Of a DNA stretch of 41,454 bases, positions 9,707 through 19,427 are shown piece by piece. Both the position numbers and the translations under genes were made by a program. The stretch spans positions 1 to 41,454 of the forward strand of contig VGGW01000001.1 in NCBI GenBank assembly GCA_016868395.1. The letters run 5' to 3'. How positions within the stretch are numbered: position 1 is the stretch's first letter; each line of letters starts with the position of its first letter. This stretch comes from Bacteroidota bacterium. Lineage in GTDB: Bacteria; Bacteroidota; Bacteroidia; Sphingobacteriales; Sphingobacteriaceae. The notes below the pieces were generated by a model that was given only the letters and a program-made list of their open reading frames with translations, did no database searches and was not told the origin of the DNA.

Positions 9707-10977
9707 TGATCATTAATTTGCCTTAATCCCAAAGGAACGAGTTTTCTGGTTTTTAGATAGGTTAAGAAGACTATAAGTAAGGTCATGGAACCTCCGAAAA
9801 GTACAGACGGTATTGTTCCCATTATTTTTGCGGTGGCGCCCGATTCAAAAGCACCAATTTCATTTGATGAATTGATAAACATACCGTTAACCGCCGAAAC
9901 TCTTCCGCGCATTTCTTGGGGAGTCAGCAGTTGCAAAAGTGTCGATCGGATTATGACGCTGACGCTATCAAATGCTCCTTCGAAAAAAAGACAAATTAAG
10001 GACAAATAAAAATTGCGCGACAGACCAAAGCAAATTATGGAGATACCGAAACCGGCAACTGCCAAAAGTAAGTTTCTCCAGGGCTTGTTCATTGGGGGAT
10101 ATTTGGCCATAATAAACATGGTAATTACTGCGCCGACTGCCGGTGCAGCTCGCATAAATCCCAGGCCTTCTGACCCCACTTGTAATATATCATGCGCGAA
10201 TATTGGCATCAAGGCAACCGCACCTCCAAAAAATACGGAGAACATATCCAGACTTAAGGCACCTAAAATCATTTTATTGTTAAACACAAATTTTATACCC
10301 TCTGATAGGCTTTTAAATATATTTTCTCTGGGCACAAATTGAGGCGGGTAATTTTTAACAAAAAACAGAATACATACCAATGCCATGGCCAATAAACTAA
10401 CAATCACAACGAAGCAGGCTGTAATCCCACTGAATGCATACAATAGACCACCAACTGCCGGACCTATAATGGAAGCTACCTGCCAAATTCCACTGTTCCA
10501 AGTTGATGAATTGGTATAATGTTCCCTCGGGATTATTTGGGCCATTAATGTAAAAGCGGTAGGTGAGTAAAAACCTCTGGCGAGACCTACAAAAAAAATC
10601 ATCAGATACATGATTAGAATTACCGGTCCTTGTCCAAGATAATTTAATCCTTCGGCACTAGAAACAATCCCCAAAACCAAACTTGAGAATAACATGGCCA
10701 GAATAATCCAGATCATTAACTTTTTCTTGTCTGATTTATCCGCTATGTAGCCTCCATACAAGGTCACAGTGATCGAAGGAATAGCCTCTGCAAGCCCAAT
10801 AAGGCCTAATGAAAGTGGATCTTTTGTTAGTTGATAAATATGCCATCCCACTACTACAGCTTGAACCTGATAAGCGAAAGTAAATAAAAACCGCATAGCC
10901 AAATAAGAGCGGAATTCCGGAAACCGCATGGCAATGTAAGGGTCCTTCATAGCCTCCTCAGGCTTAGTATCAGTCAT
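9703..10977 (-). CDS. MFS transporter (DHA3/EntS-like)
   Basis: Multiple TM segments, GGYIADKSDKK motif A, EMRGRVSAVN. Confidence 0.9.
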   Translation of the reverse strand: MTDTKPEEAMKDPYIAMRFPEFRSYLAMRFLFTFAYQVQAVVVGWHIYQLTKDPLSLGLIGLAEAIPSITVTLYGGYIADKSDKKKLMIWIILAMLFSSLVLGIVSSAEGLNYLGQGPVILIMYLMIFFVGLARGFYSPTAFTLMAQIIPREHYTNSSTWNSGIWQVASIIGPAVGGLLYAFSGITACFVVIVSLLAMALVCILFFVKNYPPQFVPRENIFKSLSEGIKFVFNNKMILGALSLDMFSVFFGGAVALMPIFAHDILQVGSEGLGFMRAAPAVGAVITMFIMAKYPPMNKPWRNLLLAVAGFGISIICFGLSRNFYLSLICLFFEGAFDSVSVIIRSTLLQLLTPQEMRGRVSAVNGMFINSSNEIGAFESGATAKIMGTIPSVLFGGSMTLLIVFLTYLKTRKLVPLGLRQINDH

Positions 10978-10989
10978 TTTATTAATTCT

Positions 10990-13095
10990 TTAAGAGATTT
11001 TGTCCCAACTGATTCCATCTGTTTTCTGTTCAAAAAATTGTCTTAAGGGAAGGTTGGTCTCACTTTTTAATTCAGGGTCATCTTCAAGTAATTGTTTTAC
11101 GGTTTCTCGTGCTTCAATCAAAAGTTTTTGATCGAATGAAAGATTGGCAAGTTTCAGATCGAGTACCCCACTTTGCTGTGTTCCTTCGATATTACCCGGC
11201 CCCCTGAGTTGAAGATCTATCTCTGCAATTTCAAACCCATCATTTGTTTTAACCATCGTTTCCAATCTGGTTCTTGCATCTGTACTTAATTTATTCCCGG
11301 ACATCAGAACACAAAATGATTGTTCTGCACCCCTGCCAACCCGTCCGCGTAATTGATGCAATTGTGATAATCCAAATCTTTCGGCATTTTCAATAATCAT
11401 GACACTAGCATTAGGGACATTAACACCAACTTCAATAACAGTAGTGGCTACCATGATTTGTGTTTCTCCCCTAACAAAGCGCTGCATCTCTGATGCCTTT
11501 TGTTTTGCCCCAAGTTTTCCATGAACAATACTTACCTGATATTCAGGCATTGGAAATTCATCAATTATAGCCTCAATACCGGCTTCGAGGTATAAAAGAT
11601 CAAGTTTCTCACTCTCTTTAATCAAGGGGTAAACAATGTAAATTTGTCGTCCTTTAGCAATTTCTTCCCGCATGAAGCCAAACATTCTTAAACGTTGGCT
11701 ATGGTATAAATGAACAGTCTTAATTGGTTTTCTTCCTTCAGGGAGCTCATTAATTATGGAAACATCAAGATCTCCATATAAAGTCATGGCTAAGGTACGG
11801 GGAATAGGAGTTGCAGTCATCACTAAAACATGTGGTGGAATCACATTTTTACGCCATAATTTAGCACGTTGTTCTACTCCAAAACGATGCTGTTCATCAA
11901 TCACAACCAAACCAAGATTTTTAAACTTAACCGAATCTTCTATTAAAGCATGCGTTCCTACCAGTATATCAAGTTTGCCATTTTCCAAGCGTTCGTGAAG
12001 GCTGAGTCTTGCCTTTTTTAAAGTTGATCCTGTCAATAATTCAACACTGACAAAATCATCCCCCAGCAAATCTTTAATTGACAAATAATGTTGTTGTGCT
12101 AAAATTTCTGTCGGGGCCATGATGCAGGCCTGATAGCCGTTATCAATGGCCAAAAGCATAATCATTAGCGCGACCACAGTCTTTCCACTACCCACGTCAC
12201 CTTGAAGCAGACGGTTCATTTGTATTCCTCCTTGCGTATCCTTTCTAATCTCTTTAATGACACGTTTTTGAGCATCAGTTAATGAAAAAGGTAATTTCTT
12301 TGCGAAAAATGTATTGAAATTGTCACCAACTTTATTAAAGATAGCTCCTTTGTATTTTTGGGTTCGAATTACTTTTGTCCGCAAGAGTTTTAATTGAATA
12401 AAGAATAACTCCTCAAACTTTATACGGATTTCTGCAGCCTTTAGTAATTCAACATTTTCAGGAAAATGAATATGATATAATGCTTTTTGTAAGCTAATCA
12501 AATTGTGTTTTTGTAAAATATAATTAGGTATTGTTTCCTCTATTGACCTGATTACCATGTCAATAAGTGTAGCCTGGGCTCTTTGCAGTCCTTTACTATC
12601 AAGGTTGAATTGCTTTAATTTTTCAGTTGAGCTATAAACGGGCTGTAAACTAAGATTTCCCTTATTAACTACATTTGGTTGATATGGTTCCAGTTCAGGA
12701 TGTGAAATTGAAAAATGTCCGTTAAAAATTACCGGCTTCCCAAAAACAATAAATACCGAACCTGCCTGAATATTTTTGTCAATCCATCGGATACTTTGAA
12801 ACCATACCAGTTCCATGCTTCCGGTTTCATCCTTAAATCGGGCTATTAGTCTTTTTGTGGATTTATCGCCCAGAATCTCTTTAGATACAACTCTGCCAAG
12901 TATTTGTACTGATGGTAAATCGGGGTTTAACTCACTTATTTTATAAAAGCGGGTTCTGTCAATGTATCGGAAAGGGTAGTGTTGTAATAGATCCTCATAG
13001 GTATAAATGCCAAGATCTTTCTTCAGAATCTCAGCACGCTGAGAACCTATACCTTTTAAATACTCTATCTGAGTTTTTAAGATCTGTTCAGCCAA
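10990..13095 (-). CDS. recG: ATP-dependent DNA helicase RecG (TTG start)
   Basis: QGDVGSGKT, MAPTEILAQQH, IDEQHRFG, MTATPIPRT, QLRGRVGRG. Confidence 0.98.
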   Translation of the reverse strand: MAEQILKTQIEYLKGIGSQRAEILKKDLGIYTYEDLLQHYPFRYIDRTRFYKISELNPDLPSVQILGRVVSKEILGDKSTKRLIARFKDETGSMELVWFQSIRWIDKNIQAGSVFIVFGKPVIFNGHFSISHPELEPYQPNVVNKGNLSLQPVYSSTEKLKQFNLDSKGLQRAQATLIDMVIRSIEETIPNYILQKHNLISLQKALYHIHFPENVELLKAAEIRIKFEELFFIQLKLLRTKVIRTQKYKGAIFNKVGDNFNTFFAKKLPFSLTDAQKRVIKEIRKDTQGGIQMNRLLQGDVGSGKTVVALMIMLLAIDNGYQACIMAPTEILAQQHYLSIKDLLGDDFVSVELLTGSTLKKARLSLHERLENGKLDILVGTHALIEDSVKFKNLGLVVIDEQHRFGVEQRAKLWRKNVIPPHVLVMTATPIPRTLAMTLYGDLDVSIINELPEGRKPIKTVHLYHSQRLRMFGFMREEIAKGRQIYIVYPLIKESEKLDLLYLEAGIEAIIDEFPMPEYQVSIVHGKLGAKQKASEMQRFVRGETQIMVATTVIEVGVNVPNASVMIIENAERFGLSQLHQLRGRVGRGAEQSFCVLMSGNKLSTDARTRLETMVKTNDGFEIAEIDLQLRGPGNIEGTQQSGVLDLKLANLSFDQKLLIEARETVKQLLEDDPELKSETNLPLRQFFEQKTDGISWDKIS

Positions 13096-13100
13096 TTCTT

Positions 13101-14030
13101 TCAGGGAGTAATTCCCGGCTGCTCAGGATCCGGGATTTTAAAAAATATTTCTTTGACAGTATTCCAGTTAAAAACAATAACAGCCAATAAAAGTAGTGAG
13201 TATGCATACAACTGTTGCAGTGTAATACTTTCGTGAAAGTAGAAAAATGCTACTGCAAAAGCAACAATCGGATTGAGATAAATGATTATTCCTAAAGTGG
13301 AGGAAGGCATCCCGATTAAAGCGTAAAGGCTCAGGTATAGTGGGATAATGGTAAAAAATATTGAAATAATTAAGATATCTACCCAGAAATAGGTATCATT
13401 TGGCAAGCTTTTAAAATGATAGAGATAAAAGGGTAGGATTAAAATACCTGAAATGAGGAGTTGTATACCCAGCAGATTAAATTTATCCAACTTGTTTATC
13501 ACTTTTTGGACAATTAGGAAAAAACTGTAGAGCGATGCTACAAAAATAGACCATAATACTTCTCTGAATGAACCTTGGGCTAAGATTATAATACTCAATG
13601 AGGCCATGCCAAGGGATATCAGTTTGAACAGGCTTAATTTTTCTTTTAGAACCATAAAACCGGCAAAAGCTGTAATTAGTGGACAAACCATATACGCAAA
13701 AGCTGCTGATTTTAAGTTGATATTATTTACAACATAGATATAGGTAAACCAATTTCCACTGATCAATAAGCCAGACAACAGGCAAAGAATGATCATCTTT
13801 TTTCTTCTGTTCAAATCCAAGGAATTGAAGTAATTCCAGTCGGATTTAAACTGTTTCACACGGAATAAAAAAATATAAGTCCAGGTAAAAATCAGGGATG
13901 TAAATATTCTGTAATATAAAATTTGATCAGATGGGTAGTACTGTATTTTACGAAGTGGAATAGAAAAAAAACCCCAAATTACTACAGAGGCGAATGCTGC
14001 CAAATAATATTTTAAGTGTCCGGTTTTCAA
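13101..14030 (-). CDS. EamA/RarD-like DMT-superfamily transporter (TTG start)
   Basis: About 10 TM segments, IWG near the N-terminus, GNWFTYIY, YLNP. Confidence 0.8.
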   Translation of the reverse strand: MKTGHLKYYLAAFASVVIWGFFSIPLRKIQYYPSDQILYYRIFTSLIFTWTYIFLFRVKQFKSDWNYFNSLDLNRRKKMIILCLLSGLLISGNWFTYIYVVNNINLKSAAFAYMVCPLITAFAGFMVLKEKLSLFKLISLGMASLSIIILAQGSFREVLWSIFVASLYSFFLIVQKVINKLDKFNLLGIQLLISGILILPFYLYHFKSLPNDTYFWVDILIISIFFTIIPLYLSLYALIGMPSSTLGIIIYLNPIVAFAVAFFYFHESITLQQLYAYSLLLLAVIVFNWNTVKEIFFKIPDPEQPGITP

Positions 14031-14032
14031 TA

Positions 14033-14413
14033 TCAGGACTTAATGGCGATCATGGATATCTCAACATGTACATTTTTAGGTAAGCCTTTGACAGCGACAG
14101 TCTCACGTGCAGGAAAATCTGATTTAAAATATGAACCATAAACCTCATTTACCTCATTAAAATGGCTCATATCGCTTAAAAAAATAGTGCTCTTAACCAC
14201 ATGCTCAAATAAAAAGCCAGCTTTGTTTAATAAGGAATTTAAATTCTTCATTACCTGCTCAGCTTCCTCACGTACACCTCCATTAACCCGCTCATTAGTT
14301 ATTGGATCTATTGGAATTTGTCCGGAAAGAAATAACATATTACCGGTCAGTACGGCCTGACTATAGGGCCCAATCGGTGCAGGAGCATCCTCAGTGTAAA
14401 TTATTGATTTCAT
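14033..14413 (-). CDS. ridA: RidA/YjgF family enamine/imine deaminase
   Basis: APAPIGPYSQAV, SGQIP, PARETV, LPKNVHVEI. Confidence 0.93.
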   Translation of the reverse strand: MKSIIYTEDAPAPIGPYSQAVLTGNMLFLSGQIPIDPITNERVNGGVREEAEQVMKNLNSLLNKAGFLFEHVVKSTIFLSDMSHFNEVNEVYGSYFKSDFPARETVAVKGLPKNVHVEISMIAIKS

Positions 14414-14474
14414 TGTTTTTGTTTCAATCTGATCTGAATGGAGTAAGGCAAAGAAAATTAAGGATTAACAACTA

Positions 14475-14612
14475 TCAGAATACGTACCATTCAAGCAGTT
14501 TGTATAGTATTCCTGTCAAAAATAACAGGATAGCTATCGTATTGATTATATGCATTACCTTCAAGTTGAAGCTTGTCGGTCGGTTAGGGTCGCGTTTTCT
14601 AAAAAAATACAT
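14475..14612 (-). CDS. 45-aa single-TM small protein (DUF6728-like), absent from the ORF track
   Basis: ATG 14612 to TGA 14475: MYFFRKRDPNRPTSFNLKVMHIINTIAILLFLTGILYKLLEWYVF; same strand as its neighbours; TATTTTTG box just upstream. Family name is from memory. Confidence 0.75.
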   Translation of the reverse strand: MYFFRKRDPNRPTSFNLKVMHIINTIAILLFLTGILYKLLEWYVF

Positions 14613-14629
14613 AATCAAAAATATTAAAT

Positions 14630-14663
14630 AAAAAAAAGAGTTCTGCAGCGCAGAACTCTTTTT
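14630..14663. terminator. Intrinsic terminator downstream of the OmpA gene (symmetric)
   Basis: A-run-GAGTTCTGC-agc-GCAGAACTC-T-run perfect inverted repeat. Confidence 0.9.
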
Positions 14664-14688
14664 ACAATATGCTTATATACAATATTGT

Positions 14689-16080
14689 TTATTGTTGTTT
14701 AATCTCAACACGACGATTTTGGGAACGTCCTGCTTCAGTTGCGTTAGAAGCAACCGGGCGGCTTTCACCGTAAGCAGTAGTTGCAATTCGGTTTGCTGCA
14801 ATACCAGCATTAACAAGGTAAGTCTTAACCGAATTAGCTCTGTCTCTGGATAAAGTCATGTTGTATTCTTCAGTACCTTCAGCAGAAGCGTGTCCATCAA
14901 GTTGAACTACGGCAGAAGAGTTTGCTTTTAAAGAAGAGGCTAAACCATCTAGGATAGAATAAGCAGAAGTTCTTAATACTGAAGAGTTGAATTCAAACTG
15001 AATTGGAACCACAGGACCAGATGCTGCAATCTCCGGACATCCATTTAATCTTGCAATACCTTTAACAGTAGGACAAGCATCTTTTGAATCAGGAATTCCA
15101 TCTGCATCAACATCAAGAGGACAACCTGAACCATCAACTTTAATACCAGCTTCAGTGTTAGGACATTTGTCTAATTTATCAGCAACTCCGTCGCCATCTG
15201 AATCTTTTAACAAATCAGCAGCTTCAAGTGCACTAACCCGTCCTTTTAGTGCCTCAACTTCTTGACGTAATGTTGGATCTTTTAATTCATCATACATCAA
15301 AGCCAATGGATTAACCCAATCTAAGTTTGGTTTAGCAGCAGAACCTAAAGAGAACTCCAAACCTGCTGAACTGTAAGACCATTTATCTTTTGTAAAGCCT
15401 TTTCCTTTGGTACCATCTAAATTATCACCATTTAAGAAATTCATGGTGTATCCAAGATCGAAGTTAACGCGATCTGAAACTTTAAATTTGATGCTTCCAC
15501 CAACCGGAACATACACTTCACGAATGTTGTTACGATCTTTATCCGGGCCATAAGATCCTTTAGGAGGAGTTGAGTTAGGATTAATTTCTTTCCAGTTATA
15601 AGCAGCCATACCAAAACCGGCTTTTAAATTAAAGTTTACGGCGTTTTCTCTCTTAAGGAAATCAACAGAACCTACATTAGCAACACCGGTAATATCTAAA
15701 GCATTGCTGATTCGGGTGATTCCGTCAGTGCGAGGACCTAGACCCAAGTTAACGGTTGCACCATCATTATCATAGCTTAATTGTCCACCATGATAAGCTA
15801 CTTGCAAACCGAATATATGGTCTACTTGCTTTCTTAAAGAAAATCCATAGCCTAAAGATGGGCTCCAGTTGGTAAAGTCATTAGATCCCCCAACGGCAAC
15901 TACCGGGGCTAATACGCCGGCGTTAATGCCCAGACTCCAGGTTCTATACTGTCCTCGACCGCCAAATACCTTGGCAGAGGAGCTAGCAGCATTTTGCGCA
16001 AAGGAAGTCTCTATGAGGCCTAGGGCTGCTACTATTGAAAACACAAGTGCTTTCTTTAATGTAGAATAATTCATAATCAT
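14689..16080 (-). CDS. OmpA-family outer membrane protein with beta-barrel, thrombospondin type-3-like Asp-rich repeats and C-terminal peptidoglycan-binding domain (start ATG 16080 or 16074)
   Basis: Signal peptide; DSDGDGVADKLDKCP and DVDADGIPDSKDACP repeats; GHASAEG..YNMTLSRDRA..V, YGESRP, NRRVE. Confidence 0.92.
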   Translation of the reverse strand: MIMNYSTLKKALVFSIVAALGLIETSFAQNAASSSAKVFGGRGQYRTWSLGINAGVLAPVVAVGGSNDFTNWSPSLGYGFSLRKQVDHIFGLQVAYHGGQLSYDNDGATVNLGLGPRTDGITRISNALDITGVANVGSVDFLKRENAVNFNLKAGFGMAAYNWKEINPNSTPPKGSYGPDKDRNNIREVYVPVGGSIKFKVSDRVNFDLGYTMNFLNGDNLDGTKGKGFTKDKWSYSSAGLEFSLGSAAKPNLDWVNPLALMYDELKDPTLRQEVEALKGRVSALEAADLLKDSDGDGVADKLDKCPNTEAGIKVDGSGCPLDVDADGIPDSKDACPTVKGIARLNGCPEIAASGPVVPIQFEFNSSVLRTSAYSILDGLASSLKANSSAVVQLDGHASAEGTEEYNMTLSRDRANSVKTYLVNAGIAANRIATTAYGESRPVASNATEAGRSQNRRVEIKQQ

Positions 16081-16119
16081 TTTTTTAAAGGTTAACAAAT
16101 TTCGTTCGTGTAATTTACA

Positions 16120-16150
16120 CAAAAATAGTCATAAGTTTGACTTGTGCAAA
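16120..16150 (-). promoter_or_regulatory. Bacteroidota promoter for the OmpA gene
   Basis: Minus strand TTTG (16150-16147), 19-nt spacer, TATTTTTG (16127-16120). Confidence 0.8.
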
Positions 16151-16233
16151 TAATCAAACGCAGTTCTAATCATTTTATTTGTCAAAAAACAATCAAAAGC
16201 CGCTTTTTTCTGTACTAAAATAATCACTTTATT

Positions 16234-17523
16234 ATGAAATACACATTAATTAACAAAAAACTATTTGAGAATAATCGACAAAAGTTTACGGAAAAGTTGT
16301 CTCCGAACTCAATGGCTATTTTTCAATCAAATGACGAATTTCCCCGAAGTGGTGATCAAACCCAGGTTTTTAAACAGAATGCCGATCTATTCTACCTGAG
16401 CGGAATAGACCAGGAACAAACTATTTTACTTTTGTTTCCGGACTGCCCCAATCCTTTGTACAAGGAGGTTCTTTTTATAAGGCAAACAAACGATCATATT
16501 GCGGTTTGGGAAGGACATAAGCTTACCATTCAGGAAGCAATAAAGGTCTCAGGAATAAAGGCTATTTACTGGCTAGATGAGTTTTGGAATATTTTGCCGA
16601 CCATAATAAATTACGCAACTTGTATCTATTTAAATACCAATGAAAATGATCGTTATACTCACCAGGTACCTTATCGGGATATCCGGTTTATTGAAAAGAT
16701 AAAAAATCTATATCCCTTACATCAATACAAGAGGGCTGCTTTAATCATGCGTGATTTGCGACCCGTAAAATCAGAAATTGAAATTGAGTTAATCAAAAAG
16801 GCATGTGAAATTACCCGTGATGCTTTCCTAAGAGTTCTGAAGTTCATTAAACCAGGGGTAGCAGAATATGAAATTGAAGCTGAGATTATCCATGAATTTA
16901 TTAGACAGAGAGCAAGTGGACATGCATATAACCCGATTATAGCTTCAGGCAAAAACGCCAATATTCTACACTACAATGATAATAACCAGCTCTGTAAAAA
17001 TGGGGATGTAATATTATTCGACTTTGGTGCGGAATATGCCAATTACAATGCCGATCTGAGTCGTTCTGTACCTGTGAACGGACGTTTTAACAAGCGCCAG
17101 AAGGATGTTTACAATGCTGTACTACGAATAATGAGAGCAGCAAGAAAAATGCTAGTCAGCGGAGCTATCTGGAATGAGTACCATGCCGAGGTTGGCAAAA
17201 TTGTTGAAAATGAACTAGTAGCCCTCAAATTACTGGATAAGCACGATATTGCCAAGCAAGATCCGAAGGCCCCGTTGTATAAAAAGTATTTTATACATGG
17301 CACATCCCATCACCTTGGGTTGGATGTACACGATTTTGCAAGCCGATACAAACCCTTTGAATCCGGAAATATCCTCACTTGCGAGCCGGGAATCTACATT
17401 CCGGAGGAAGGTTTAGGTATCCGTCTGGAAAATAATATTCTTATTGTGGACAACACAAACATCGACTTGATGGAGGATATTCCAATCGAAGCAGAGGAGA
17501 TAGAAGAAATTATGAATTCTTAA
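16234..17523 (+). CDS. pepP: Xaa-Pro aminopeptidase (aminopeptidase P, M24B)
   Basis: LHY, DFGAEYANYNADLSR, HGTSHHLGLDVHD, TCEPGIY, GIRLEN. Confidence 0.92.
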   Translation: MKYTLINKKLFENNRQKFTEKLSPNSMAIFQSNDEFPRSGDQTQVFKQNADLFYLSGIDQEQTILLLFPDCPNPLYKEVLFIRQTNDHIAVWEGHKLTIQEAIKVSGIKAIYWLDEFWNILPTIINYATCIYLNTNENDRYTHQVPYRDIRFIEKIKNLYPLHQYKRAALIMRDLRPVKSEIEIELIKKACEITRDAFLRVLKFIKPGVAEYEIEAEIIHEFIRQRASGHAYNPIIASGKNANILHYNDNNQLCKNGDVILFDFGAEYANYNADLSRSVPVNGRFNKRQKDVYNAVLRIMRAARKMLVSGAIWNEYHAEVGKIVENELVALKLLDKHDIAKQDPKAPLYKKYFIHGTSHHLGLDVHDFASRYKPFESGNILTCEPGIYIPEEGLGIRLENNILIVDNTNIDLMEDIPIEAEEIEEIMNS

Positions 17524-18412
17524 AGCTTTGCTGATAATTATCAATGAACTGATAGAGATTAAAATTCGGGTTTGAGCAGGCCTGTTCCAGAGTCTTATGA
17601 AGATGAATTTTATCAAAACTTTTCATTTTTTGATTTTGAATCAGCTTCCAGGCCTTTTCTGTGAGTAAATAGGATCGTTTAGAATTTTCCTTGTATGCTT
17701 GTTCCCCTAATGCTTTAATCAGGTTTTCAATACCTATGGATTGATCGGCTTTGGTATTGATAACAGGTATGGGTACAGACCTCAGATGAACAAGTTTTTT
17801 GAGATTGTTGGTAAAGCGCTCTGCTCCATCCCTTTCGGATTTATTGACAACAAAAATATCTGCAATCTCCATCAAACCCGATTTCATAGTTTGGATTTCA
17901 TCTCCAGATTCGGGTACAAGCACCACCACACTGATATCTGCAAGTCCGGCAATTTCAACTTCCGACTGACCTACACCGACAGTTTCAACTAAAATATAAT
18001 CGAAACCCGCATTTTTCAGAACGTCACACATCTCGATCGTTTTTCCTGATAAGCCTCCTAGAGAACCTCTGGTTGCAAGTGATCGGATATAAACGTTTGC
18101 TTTATTAAACTGCTCAGCCATTCTGATGCGATCGCCTAAAAGCGAGCCCATATTGAATGGAGAAGTAGGATCAATGGCAAGTACCGCAACATACTTCCCC
18201 GACACACTCAAAGCATTAATTATTGAATTTACCAAAGTACTTTTACCCGCACCCGGGGGGCCGGTAATTCCAATAACAGGTGTATCCTTTGGAATGAGCC
18301 TTCTTAACAATTCCTCAGAACCAGTTAAATCATTTTCTACAATGGTTAATTCTCTGGCTAAAAGTTTGAAGTCTTTATGCAATATGGAATTATTGGGCTT
18401 GTTTGATTGCAT
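17510..18412 (-). CDS. meaB: Methylmalonyl-CoA mutase-associated GTPase (MeaB/ArgK)
   Basis: GITGPPGAGKST, AIDPTSP, LLGDRIRM, VETVGVGQSE, VVNKSE. Confidence 0.92.
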   Translation of the reverse strand: MQSNKPNNSILHKDFKLLARELTIVENDLTGSEELLRRLIPKDTPVIGITGPPGAGKSTLVNSIINALSVSGKYVAVLAIDPTSPFNMGSLLGDRIRMAEQFNKANVYIRSLATRGSLGGLSGKTIEMCDVLKNAGFDYILVETVGVGQSEVEIAGLADISVVVLVPESGDEIQTMKSGLMEIADIFVVNKSERDGAERFTNNLKKLVHLRSVPIPVINTKADQSIGIENLIKALGEQAYKENSKRSYLLTEKAWKLIQNQKMKSFDKIHLHKTLEQACSNPNFNLYQFIDNYQQSFKNS

Positions 18413-18481
18413 CTCACAAAGTAAATGGTTTTAATTTCATTTTACAATTCAGGTACTATCAGTAAAAGAGTCTACTTTTAC

Positions 18482-18489
18482 TAACTTTG
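18482..18489 (+). promoter_or_regulatory. Putative -7 promoter box for the glycosyltransferase cluster
   Basis: TAACTTTG 59 nt upstream of GTG 18549; no clear -33 box. Confidence 0.5.
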
Positions 18490-18548
18490 AACAATTTGCA
18501 TCCTAATAAACAGAAAACTCTTACTGACAAGTAAAACAAATAAATAAG

Positions 18549-19427
18549 GTGAAAGTTACAGGTTTTTCATTCATTCGTAATGCTATTGATAATGACTATC
18601 CTGTTGTTCAGGCTATTCTTTCAATTTTGCCCATTTGTGATGAATTTGTTATTGCATTAGGAGATTGCACCGATCATACCTTAGAACTCATTGAAGGTAT
18701 TTCCTCTCCCAAAATAAGAATTATTCGTACGATTTGGGATGAAAGTATTCGCGAGGGGGGAAAAACCTTTGCACAGGAAACGGATAAGGCCTATGCGGCA
18801 ATTTCAAAAGATACGGATTGGGCGTTTTACATCCAGGGTGATGAATGCGTACATGAAAATTATCTTCCTGTGATAAAAAGGGCGATGGAAGAAAATCTGG
18901 AAAAGAAAAATGTCGAGGGCTTATTGTTTAAATACCTGCATTTTTATGGTTCCTATGACTATATAGCCTCCTCCAGACGATGGTACAGGAATGAAGTCAG
19001 GGTGTTAAAATTCGATTCAAAGGTCCATTCTTATCGGGATGCTCAGGGCTTCAGAAAGGATGGAAAGAAATTAAAGGTTAAGCCGATCGATGCCTATATT
19101 TATCATTATGGATGGGTCCAACCCCCATCAGGTTTAGGAAATAAGGTTCGTAATTTCAATAAATTCTATTATGAAGAATCCTGGATTGAGCAACATCATC
19201 CTGAAAGTATAGAATTTGATTATGGCAACGCCGACCGCCTCATCAGGTTTGAGGGCACCCATCCCAAAGTCATGCAAAAGCGAATTGAGGTCAGTAATTG
19301 GAAATTTCTGGTAGATCCAACACTTCTGAAAAAAAAGATGAGTATTAGACGCAGGATATTACAAAAAATAGAAGATTTATGGCAATGGAGAATCGGAGAA
19401 TATAAAAATTATAAAATTATTGAATGA
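18549..19427 (+). CDS. Glycosyltransferase family 2 protein (GTG start)
   Basis: GFSFIRNA...YP, WAFYIQGDE, IYHYGWV; GT-A fold type common in Bacteroidota. Confidence 0.85.
   Translation: MKVTGFSFIRNAIDNDYPVVQAILSILPICDEFVIALGDCTDHTLELIEGISSPKIRIIRTIWDESIREGGKTFAQETDKAYAAISKDTDWAFYIQGDECVHENYLPVIKRAMEENLEKKNVEGLLFKYLHFYGSYDYIASSRRWYRNEVRVLKFDSKVHSYRDAQGFRKDGKKLKVKPIDAYIYHYGWVQPPSGLGNKVRNFNKFYYEESWIEQHHPESIEFDYGNADRLIRFEGTHPKVMQKRIEVSNWKFLVDPTLLKKKMSIRRRILQKIEDLWQWRIGEYKNYKIIE

Noticed and set aside
14302-14631. 109-aa plus-strand ORF and the many other 60-130-aa ORFs overlapping known genes
   Set aside because: Antisense or alternate-frame shadows of well-supported genes with no motifs of their own.
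16081-16122. TTG-start extension of the OmpA ORF
   Set aside because: The TTG lies within the -7 promoter box, so it would not be transcribed.
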